64,000 nucleotides of DNA from Amoeboaphelidium protococcarum X5 (taxonomy: Eukaryota > Fungi > Aphelidiomycota), in the NCBI GenBank assembly GCA_023515725.1, contig JALDTO010000136.1, positions 261,321 through 325,320 of the forward strand. The letters run 5' to 3'. A model generated the notes under the pieces. It ran no database searches. It was not told the origin of the DNA and saw only the letters and a program-made list of their open reading frames with translations. The position numbers and the translations under genes were made by a program. Shown here piece after piece: positions 53,716-64,000 of this stretch; the first letter of the stretch is position 1, and the number at the start of each line of letters is the position of its first letter.

Positions 53716-55476
53716 ATGCCAGATTAATGTGATCATCCAGTTCAATTTCATGGACTGTGTGCTGTATGCGGCTAGGAAGTGAGGGAACTCGATCAATTGA
53801 CTAGCGATAAGTCAGAGTATGAAACTTTTGCGATGGTACCCACTCATAGAGATATAAAGGTGACTAAGAACGAGGCATAAAAGATTGAACGTTAGATTGC
53901 ACAGCGACTGATGGAGGAGAAGAAGTTGTCGCTTATATTAGACTTGGATTAGACTGTACTCCATGCTTCCGTTAATCAGCGAATTGGAGAGGTTATTCAC
54001 AATGATCCTACAGTATAGTAATGGAGCGTTACTAAGGATGTGCATAGTTTTACTCTGCCGCATGATCCTAGACTCAGATACTACGTAAAGTTACGGCCTG
54101 GATTGTACGAGTTCCTGAAAGACATGTCCAAGTTGTATGAATTTCATATCTACACTATGGGAACGCGGTCTTATGCTGAGGCTGTCAGACTTATCATCGA
54201 TCCGCGCAATGAACTCTTTAAGGAGCGAATTCTAACAAGAGACGAAAGTGGAAGTAACATTTCTAAAGAAATCAAGAATATATTCCCTTGCGATTCCTCC
54301 ATGGTGTTAATTTTGGATGACAGGTCGGATGTGTGGAATTGGTCCGATAATTTGATCAAAGTCAAGCCTTATACGTTCTTTTACGGTACTGAGGACATCA
54401 ATGCTCCCGGTTAATAGACACCAGATAGTAAAGCGGACAAAGTACTCCCACCATATGTATCTGATAGCTCTAATGAATCTAATGATGTACCGGCTAATGC
54501 TAGAATGTCTTCTGAAGATTTAAGTGGAAAGTAGTTGTAAGGCACTTCCATTCCATCTCAAAATATGCGATTATCAAGTGGTAGAGCACCGTTTCCCAAC
54601 ATTGATGCTGATACTGAGCTATTCCAGTTGAAAGATATTTTAACATTTGTGCACGCTTAATTCTTTAGTGAAAGCTCAAGTGCCACGGACGCGCAAGTTG
54701 GCCATTAGAGAAATGCTGCCTAAATTCTAAAGGAGCGAAAGAGTCAAGTACTTGGCGGTGTGTCTGCCTGCTTTTCTGCCGTGTTTCCCACCAGCTTGAA
54801 TGATGGAACTACAGTTGATGTCACTAAATACCACGACTGGAAGTTGTTTTCATCTTATGGTGCGGTGTTGAGACCTGATTTCTCTATGACTGATATCACC
54901 CATCTGGTAGCTCATAATCCCGGAACTGTCAAAGTGGAGACTGTTAGAAAGCATAATAAAAGTGCCAAAGCTGAGGATAAAATATGGATTGTAACGCCGC
55001 AATACTTTCATGATTGTATTAGTACTTGGTAGCGTTTGTCTGAACTGGATTATTTGGTTATTTAGAATGATTAGTTATGTATTGGGCGACCTCTAAACTT
55101 GATTGACTCTGCTAATATTCCACAAAAGGCTCAATCTGCTTATAATGAGAATGGTGGCATTTAAGACGTAAATTAATCCCTTAAAAACGAGGGAGATGAA
55201 TCGGTATTGGATGATGACTATATTCTGGATGAAGATGCCCTGAATGATCTTGAATAAGAACTTTTGGATGAGCTAGAGTCTACAACCGGCAGTTTAATGG
55301 ATGAAGAGCCTGTATAAAAAGATGGTAGCGAATCCTTTAATGCTGACAATCATGATCAAGATGAGGAGGACCAGATTAGACCAAAGAGAAAAAAGGCCAA
55401 GAGATCATCAGATTCTCCTACAAGAGAACTACGATCTCGATCTAACAGTCCATCCAAGAGAATGCGTAAATAATGA
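53716..55476 (+). CDS. FCP1: RNA polymerase II CTD phosphatase
   Basis: CDHPVQFHGLCAVCG, KLSLILDLDQTVLHA (Q=TAG), YVKLRPG, YTMGTRSYA, ILDDRSDVW, BRCT THLVA..GTVKV; ends RK TAA TGA. Confidence 0.95.
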
Positions 55477-55584
55477 ACTCTCATTTAATGTATTTATTAT
55501 GAAATTTTAACTCAAGCATTAACTATCCGACTTGAAATTTCTTTAACCTCTTCTTCTTAATTTACGCGCCGATCGGATCAAATA

Positions 55585-56664
55585 ATGACATTCGACATTT
55601 TAGCAGAGTATAAATAAGTGTTGAGGGAGGAGCGATTATCTCATCCAATAGCTGCCGTGAAGGCTCTATTAAATTCTGTTCAGTACATTGCATATGGAAA
55701 TTCTGAAGAGAGTACGGAGGAGAGAAGAGAGCTGACAGTGAGTGAGTTGACGCATCAGATCAACATTTACATTAACTAGCTCAAGCTAGCCAATAGCAGC
55801 ATGAACTCTGCTGCATTTCTTAATAGAGGTGGTGCTTAGTAGAGCGGAGTTTAGCGAGGTGAATACCCATCTATCGCTGTCCTAGCTGGCATTCATATCT
55901 TTACGCGGATGATATCGCAATACTCGCCGTCAATGGTCAGCAGCCAGGTGGGAGCCTCATCATCAGTGAATCAGAGTCAATTGCAACTCAATGCACACGA
56001 AAGTCCTGCAGATTATATTATCCGTGTTGGATAAAGACTGGTATCAGTCCTGGAGTATCAACTTCCGCGCCTGATAAAGTATGCTGTCCCATTCATTGAA
56101 GAGGGGATGACTATACTCACTTTCGGATATAGCAGAAGTGTGATGGCTGTTCTACTCAAGGCTAAGGAATGTGTCAGATTTCGTGTGTACTGCTGTGAAA
56201 GTATGCCCTCAGCGACTGGTGTGGCGACTGTGCGGGAGCTTCAGTAGAACGGCGTGACTTCGCGTCTAATCACTGACACGTCTGTTGGATATTACATGCA
56301 AAATGTGGACGCGGTTCTAGTCGGAGCAGAAGCGATTGTCGAGAATGGTGGTCTTATCAATAGTATTGGAACTTACCAGATTGGTCTCATTGCTAAAGTG
56401 CACAAAGTTCCATTTTATTGCGTCGCTGAAAGTTGCAAGTTTGTGAAATGCTTCCCTTTAGACCAGTTTGACATTTATCCCGAACGGTCTGAAGTTGCAG
56501 AGATGGAAGCAGATCATCGCGACGATCAAGTCGGAACTTCTTTTAGTTAGGAGCAAGTTCCCGTAGTGGATTATACTCCACCTCAGTACATCACTATGCT
56601 TTTCACTGATTTAGGTGTATTAACTCCAGCTTCTGCAAGCGATGAAATTATTAAAATGAGTTGA
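55585..56664 (+). CDS. GCN3: translation initiation factor eIF2B alpha subunit
   Basis: [66 protein letters not shown]. Confidence 0.92.
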
Positions 56665-56824
56665 ATACATTTATACAACATTGTGGAATTCTCTGATTAT
56701 TTAACGACTTTATGTCGCGCGCTCTCCCTCTCTCATTCTTTGACTTTCTCAGTGGTTTACTTCTGAGTATTCGCTTGAAAGAAGTTTTATTGTATCACTT
56801 ATCTGTACTCTCAAATATATATAG

Positions 56825-57727
56825 ATGGACTCTGTTGCGCCCATTTTAGGAGTTCTGACTGCTACTGGAATTTACATTTCGCCTTTTCAATAAATTTATA
56901 GGCTGTTTGTAAGCAAGAATGTTCCTTCTGTTCAAGTTCTTGCCACTCTGAATCCAATATCTTTTGCCATGATGCCTTGTAACGCGCTAGCATGGACAAT
57001 GTACGGCCTCTTACCGATACTTAGAAATCCATATCTGTTTTGGAGTAATGTCATTGGCTGTCTGATAGGAATGTTCTACTTTATCACAGTGTTTCATCAA
57101 TTCAGTCTTTATCGCTGTACTGGTGCTCTTGGTGGTATTTCTGCTGCCGTTCCGTCCAAGCTCTTCCAAACCACAGCGAGGACTATGGTGATCCTCTTTA
57201 TGTCTGGTTTGAGTCTAATTTTGTTCGCTTCCTTTGCTGCTTTTATCTAGATACCTAATTCCGGGGTGGATGGTGCTGATTAAATAAGTAAGTAGATTAT
57301 GGGCTGGTGTTGCATTCTGATACTGGTCGTATTCTACGCTGCTCCAATGTCCACGCTGTTTCAAGTGCTTAAGAGCAGAGACGCGTCAGTCTTCAGTCTC
57401 CCATTACTAATCGCTAGTGTTATAAACGCTTGTCTCTGGACATTTTATGGATACTTTGGTCTCAGTGAGCCGGATCCTTATATTTGGTGTCCTAATTTGG
57501 TAGGTGTTTTGGTGTCGCTTGTCCAATTTGCATGTAAATTTGCATTCCGGAACTCTATACCATTCTCTAATCCGTACGGTGAGGTGGAAGGTGGTCAATA
57601 ATCGTCCGTAATTGGCGATAATGATCAATTCGCCGGAGATGATGATGAAAAGCTGAGTGATCCTTACCAACTCTCACCCACAAATAGTGTAAAAGTCAAG
57701 TAATCGCCTATATAAGGTGCAATGTGA
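56825..57727 (+). CDS. SWEET (MtN3/saliva) sugar transporter
   Basis: ISP, WTMYG, NVIG, FYAAPMSTLFQVLKSRD, LWTFYG, YIWCPNLVG; 7-TM pattern. Confidence 0.92.
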
Positions 57728-57811
57728 TATAAACTTTCAGATTACTAGGTAGTAAAAAAGTTAAAACTCCAAGTTTTAGCAAATTTATGGTATTATTACA
57801 AGGTATTATGC

Positions 57812-58498
57812 TTACATCACAACGCACTTCTTCTTCTGGCCCTTCTTTGCAGCTTTATCAGCAATGCCCTTCTTAATCTTGTACTCACGCACCTTTGCCA
57901 CCAGAGTGTAATAAGCTTCATCTACATTCTGCTTTGTCTTGGCACTAGTCTCAATGTATTGCATATTCCACTGTGCCGCCTTTCGCTGAGCCTCCTCCAC
58001 AGTCACCTTTCTCAAGTGAGCCAAATCGGCCTTATTACCAACCAGAAGCATCGGCATATCATTCGCCTCCCCACCACCGCTTGCATTCAGCACACGCAAA
58101 ATCTAATCTCTAAACTCACTCACATGCTAGAACGACTCATTCTCAGTGATACTGAATACCAGAGCAAACCCCTCACCACTTCTGTAATAATTATCCCGAA
58201 TCGCTGCATACTCCTCCTGACCGGCAGTATCGAGGATATCAACAACATTCTCCTCCTTCATATTATTACTACTACCATTCGACTGTCCAGAAGCACCTAC
58301 AGAACCAGACTACGCAAACTTCACAATAGTCTCTAGCGGAACCTTTTTTCGATACGAGTCAGCCTTGGTGGGTTCATACTCTTCAACAAAATCTCCATAC
58401 ATAAACTGGAGTGTGAGAGCAGACTTTCCCACTCCACCAGTACCGCACATTAACAATCTGGACACTTGCAAACTTGCCGCTTACTTTTCTTACGGCAT
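57812..58498 (-). CDS. RAL: Ral-like small GTPase
   Basis: [16 protein letters not shown], Ral effector loop [34 protein letters not shown]; ends KKKCVVM then TAA. Confidence 0.93.
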
Positions 58499-59220
58499 AT
58501 CTTATTACTATCTTTTATACTAACAACACTTGACACTTGACAGAAATATATATCAACTCAAAAGTAATACTAGGAGAATATTGATTGCAGAACAAAATTC
58601 ACTGTGTATGGAACAAAGATCAATTGTGTGAGTGAGTGAAAGAAACAACGGCGCTTTGTTTGACGAGTGGATTTCCTCAATCAAACGTAGGCTTGGCTTG
58701 CAGCTCCAAACAACAGTAATAGATCTGCTGATACGGATGGCTCAGTAACTAAAACTTATATGATTAAAATATTCCTGTAAATGACGCGTAATAAGTAATG
58801 AAAAATTGGTGATATCATGATGTAATATATGGGGCATAACTCTTAATCAACTTTTAAAAGTTCTTGAAGTCTGAGTGATAAAGAACAAATAGGAATGGGT
58901 TATTTAAATGATGAGCATTTATCGTTTTGAATTCTTAAGAAATTTCACCATTGACATTCTTTGCTGTAAGCACACTCTTTTGCGAATGTGAAACGAAAGT
59001 ACTGGAATCTGTTTTAGAACGAGTGACTGGAGAAGTTACTAAAGTTAGTTGCCCATTGAATGAAACAACCACACCCAGAGTGAAACGATCCAGCGACTAA
59101 AGTTTTGCGTTTCTTTATTTCTTTCTTCTCGCTGTTGAAAACGTTGCGTTGTTCTCGCTTGTTCTTTCACTTTCAAACCGAATAATAAGAATATCACAGT
59201 AATCGCGATACATTTTTACA

Positions 59221-60474
59221 ATGTTTACCACTCCATCTTTTGAAAGATAGTCTAACAGGTCAGATTAGGATACGTAGAATCAAGTGCCTGCTAGTCCATT
59301 TGTCAAGTCTTTCTTCATTCCCAACTCCACCTCAAAGTCAAAGTCTGCGCAAGATGTTGGTGGGCAGGACAAGTCCAAGATTTAGTCTCCATTTGCTGTG
59401 CAGAGTATAAATTCATCCTAGTAGAATCTGTAAGAGTAGAGGCAAGTCAAGTCATTCTATGATACGCTGGAATCCACCCCTAGATCTAGCAAGTCTATAG
59501 ATGGATCTCCCATGAGCCTGGGCACTCCTATCCATTAGTACTCTGCTCAAAAGTCGTTGGACCGAACGCCGCTCAGGTACAATATACCTGCATCGGTTGG
59601 ATTACATAGTGATGGGCAGTAGACGTTTAATAGCATGGATATGGATAATGTGCATAAGAAGAGAATTACCACTTTCGGTTTCCCTATTGAGAAGGCTGAG
59701 AAGGTGTTGCGAAAGTTGAGTGCTAATGTGAGAACTTCATCATCATCAATGGGATAAAGCTCGCCGTATAATAAGTAATCTCCTGGTGGTGGTGGCCTAG
59801 GCTAGAATGGAACTATTGTTGACTATGTCGTCAAGGATCGATGGATGCATATTGAGTTTTAATCTGAATTTTATGCCCAGATTGCACTCACAAAGAATGG
59901 TGAACTTATGGTCGATGGATATATTGTTGGCATTTGTCCGTACAGAGAATCTATAGATGATTAAAATTATTCTGTGCCAGGTACACCATCCGATCATACA
60001 ATGAGATTTTCTGATGCTATTACTGGGTCTGATAGGAAGAGTCCTATGAAAAGTAATAGATTTAAATCTTAATCTTATTCCTCTCCAAATGGACCTAGAA
60101 AGTATTAGAATGCAGATTAATTCTTGGAGACTCCAAAGTTTAAGGATTCTAATCATTGGCAGTTGTAGTAGTAATCATTTGATATGAACACTGATGGTGG
60201 CTTCGGTGGAGGTGTTGCTGATGTATCCATGGATTAATCGTCTATAGAGCCTTTCTAAAAAGCATAAAGTTAATAACTGCATTAATAAGGCCCGCTTGTT
60301 GCAAAGATGCAATAGACTCAATCTAGTTCAGTTGGTTGGAGCACTCTGGGGAATGATGAAAATTCCAAAATTAGAAATACCATCTACACTCTTCCTCCGT
60401 AACGACACTTGAACAATATTTAACCGTAGCAGTCGACTATTAGCAAGATTATCGAGACTGTCTTAGGCTGGTGA
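59221..60474 (+). CDS. NUP53: nucleoporin Nup35/Nup53
   Basis: RRM-like ITTFGFP...WMHIEF...AQIALTKNG...IVGICP; C-terminal amphipathic helix ISKIIETVLGW-TGA. Confidence 0.85.
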
Positions 60475-60696
60475 ATATATACAATGCTTAAATGCACTTA
60501 TGTCGCGGGAAGATCATATGATTATTGTGATTCTCATTATCTAAAAGCGCTATGGTCTGATTGGAGGATTAGGAGATTGTCTAATTTATCATTGATTGAT
60601 TAACAAGTATATGAACCATTTTCTACTTCTTTCTATAAAATATTTTCAGCTGTACTTTTACTATCGTCTCCTTACTTAAAATCTATCTGACTAAAT

Positions 60697-61857
60697 ATGA
60701 AACTATCCGCTGTGGTTGCAACCTGTTTGGTGCACTCTTGCCTGTCCGTCCCTTTCTGGATGGAGCGCGTCTTTGGCGGCCTTGACTCATACAATGGCAA
60801 TCTAAGACTTTTGTCTGATGCAGAAGGTCATGCTGTGTGGGCTGATCCTGAAGACTGGATTCTGCAGGGAAAGAAGTTTATTGATTTGACTGACCATCAA
60901 GATTTGGGATAGGATTCTGATTTAATTGAGTCGTTGGTGTCAGGTGCTGTTGACATTCCAGACAAGGTCACTCATTAGGATGAGGTCAAAGCCTTGCTGA
61001 AGAGTTATCCATTCTCGCTGGACCGCATGCGTGAGAGATTGACTGAATTGACTTCTTTTGAGAATCGTCATTACCGCAGCAAGACTGGTGTTGATTCCTC
61101 CAAGTGGGTGGAGGCTTAGTTGAAGACCGTCGCACGGGAGACTGGTGCTCCGGTGACGTTTAGGCGCTTTGATCACTCATTTCCATAATTTAGTCTAATT
61201 GCGAGATTGGAGCCTTCTAATTCTGTCAAGTCTCGACGTGTTACCTCTGATCACTCCAAGGTGCCGATTGTTGTGGTGTCTGCTCACTATGATACTGTGA
61301 AGGGATGGTTTGATTCGAGGCGTCCTGGTGCGGATGATGATGGTAGTGGTACGGTGACTGTCATGGAGATATTCACGCTCATGTGTGAGGCTCACAGGGA
61401 TGGGGAGTTGAATTTGAGTCACCCAATTGAATTCCACTGGTATGCTGGCGAAGAGGCTGGTCTTCTCGGTAGTTAGGATGTTGTGGCAGCGTACAAGAGA
61501 GACCGCGTTCCAGTGATGGCTGCTATCCACTTTGACATGACGGGTTATCGCGGTAAGACTGACGCGATCGGTATCATCACTGATAATGTTAACCCACAGC
61601 TGACCGGTTTCATGCGCAAAGTAATGCAGGAGTACACTGGACGCTCCATTGTGGAGAGCAAGTGTGGCTACGGCTGTTCCGATCACGCCTCTTGGAATAA
61701 GGCTGGCTACAAATCAGCTTTCCCTTTTGAGGGACATTTCAAAGAATCAAGTCCATACATTCACACATCGCGTGATACTGTTGCCAATATTGACTTTGAG
61801 CACATGAGCTCATTTGTCATAACCGGCATGTCGTTTGTGTTAGAACTGCTCTTGTGA
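60697..61857 (+). CDS. secreted M28 leucyl aminopeptidase
   Basis: signal peptide, FIDLTD, SAHYD, PGADDDGSG, YAGEEAGLLGSQ, DMTGY, CGYGCSDHASW, PYIHTSRD. Confidence 0.95.
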
Positions 61858-61955
61858 TTTTCAGGTATAAAAAATGTGTAGAGTTTTTGACTGATATTTA
61901 ATTTTGTCTCAATTGATGTAAATTTTCAGTGTAGCTCAACTTGAAACAAGCATCA

Positions 61956-62357
61956 TCATTCATCACACAACTCATTACAATTGAAGGGACGTGTTGATGG
62001 CGTCAGTTCTCTACAAAGCAATGTGCGCCTTATAAAAATAAGATTATATTTCAACCATTTTAAGTATATAACGCGCTTACTTACTTTCAGGCCCATGAGT
62101 TTTCTAACACTATTGTCAGCTAAAGTATTGCCATCATATGTATCATATAAAAACTTATCAATCAAGGCCGCTGAACAAAGAGCCGATAAAGTTGAGAATC
62201 CAAGAACTTACAATTCTTCTCGGAGAATTACTCTTTATTTAACGTGTCCCTTATCTAGGCTTCGTAATTAGTCACGGACCTTAAAATTGATATCGTATGA
62301 CATAGACAATCTTCCGGTCGCCTCTCTGACTATATCTTCGTGATGGCTCTCCTCCAT
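61956..62357 (-). CDS. hypothetical protein (133 aa; may contain an intron)
   Basis: ATG-to-TGA frame with TAR=Gln filling the gap between two genes; no family recognised. Confidence 0.35.
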
Positions 62358-62509
62358 TTCTTCCTGAAGATAGATTTTTTCTCTCCGTTGCAAGTGTTTG
62401 CGTTTGTGTGATTTGCTCACTGTGTATCGTCAAGGCGTTAAGGAAGCTTTCTATCTTTGTGACAAGCCAGAATTTGCCTAATAAAGCTCGGTTGACGATA
62501 AGTGGTCAT

Positions 62510-63820
62510 ATGATAGTTCAAAAACGCCGTTTCTAAAAGTTCAGTGTTTTAGCGGGCCTTATCGGTGCCTTGCTGCTATGGATACTCTTATCGGCTAATG
62601 GTGCTGATACCGGTATATCAGCTTTAAATAATCGGTGTGAACAGATGCAAAAATTGCAAGACATTCCCAAAGTGTACGTCTATTCTGTGCCCGACAGACT
62701 TTTGCTACAAGGTATACCTTCTAATTTTGCTTATGATTAAAGTCTTTGTCGATAGGATCCAGGATACTCGATCGAGTACGAATATCATACCCTGCTGAAT
62801 TTATCAGGTCCGCATGTCATCGTTACCGATCCATCATTGGCAGACGCTTACTTTATTCCCCACTACTCTACCTGCTTTATGCAGCATTGCTTTTTTGGGC
62901 GCTAAGAAGATAGATTTCCAGTGACTACGTTTGACTATGATAATGAGACGAGGACTTCAGAGTTTTGTTTACACGCCTATCCAAAGTACCTGCTAACCAT
63001 TGTAGATTATATACGTCTCCAGAGCCCGTTTTTTAACCTCTCCAAAGGAGCTGATCACTTCATGGCTGTTGGGCATGAGACTCTGGCCGAGTCGTTGTAT
63101 TTCCATTAACCCATTAAGGAGTATCTGCAGCATACTATTTTGCTGCAAGTCAATTCATTGCTCAGATACAATGAGAATAGCGGCCACGCCAATTTCAAAT
63201 CATATTCATTTGATCCTCATAAGGATATTGCTGTTGCTCCAAATCTGCACGATTAGTATATGAAGTATGACGTTCATTCAAGGCCTCCGCGCTAGGATAG
63301 GAAATATTTGGTCTATTTCCGTGGGCAGATTAATCATCAATATCCGCATTATTCACACGGGATTCGCCAATATCTTGCTAAACTGAATGACTCCAGATTT
63401 TTAATTGGAGAAGGAGCGCCTGCAGATGTTTATCTTCAAGAGATTATATAAGCTCGGTTTTGTCTGTATCCACCTGGCTGGACAACATGGTCCGGTCGAT
63501 TGGCTCATATTATCTACACCTCTTGCGTGCCACTGATAATAAATGATGGCGCCGTGATGCCTTACGAGGAGATTCTGGATTGGCGCCAGTTCTCTGTGAA
63601 ACTGAGTGAGTAGAAAGTGTCCAAATTGCCCGATATTATTGATCAGATTGAGAAATAATATGGTGCTTAGCTTGAACGTCGATTTATTGAGGCCAGAGAA
63701 TCTCTTGTCTACAATTATCCTCCACGTGAAGGTGACGCGCTCTTCATGGCCTTGCGAATTCTGAAAAAACGACTATTTAAACATAAGCATCTCGCCTTCG
63801 TTGATTTCAACACTGAGTGA
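62510..63820 (+). CDS. exostosin-family (GT47) glycosyltransferase
   Basis: type II TM, KVYVYSVP, TDPSLADAYFIP, SKGADHF, FDPHKDIAVAP, LVYFRG, ARFCLYPPG, CVPLII, MPYEEILDW. Confidence 0.9.
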
Positions 63821-64000
63821 AGATAGAAAGATTGGCAGAAGATGATAACTACATCGATAGTGTACTGTGTTATATATGTTCTAAATTTATTAACTTTATA
63901 CGCTTATCAACCAGCAGTATCACTCAGCGAGCAAATGCCCGTTGCAGTGCCTTAATCTCCTCTTACTTATAGGAGGTATTTGGAAGACAGTATGAAACTT

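Overview
Gene-dense eukaryotic nuclear DNA (about 38 protein-coding genes, mostly short intergenic spacers, few short GT-AG introns). It does not use the standard code: TAA and TAG sit in frame at conserved Gln positions (GTP cyclohydrolase RRL-TAG-V-TAG-ERLT, FCP1 DLD-TAG-T, STE12 KKK-TAG-KVFFW, GT32 IPKIIH-TAA), so the supplied ORF track is fragmented and all CDS here were re-read by hand with TAR=Gln and TGA=stop. Fungal-type genes (LYS9, STE12, ICL1, CYB2) occur with genes lost from Dikarya (WASHC4, P2X, Ral). Together with the code, this points to an aphelid such as Amoeboaphelidium protococcarum (inference). The window contains the eRF1 gene, whose stop-recognition motifs are altered. 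The main observation is evidence that UAA may still act as a stop at gene ends: two CaaX proteins end exactly at TAA, a third gene probably does, 7 of about 35 TGA-ending genes end TAA-TGA, and eRF1 has 14 internal TAG but no TAA. Accessory DNA comprises a gag-only copia-like remnant, a Crinkler-like NTPase between duplicated 3' ends, and a 4.3 kb gene-free island with a hAT-like end and internal repeats. Family assignments come from motif recognition, not database searches.
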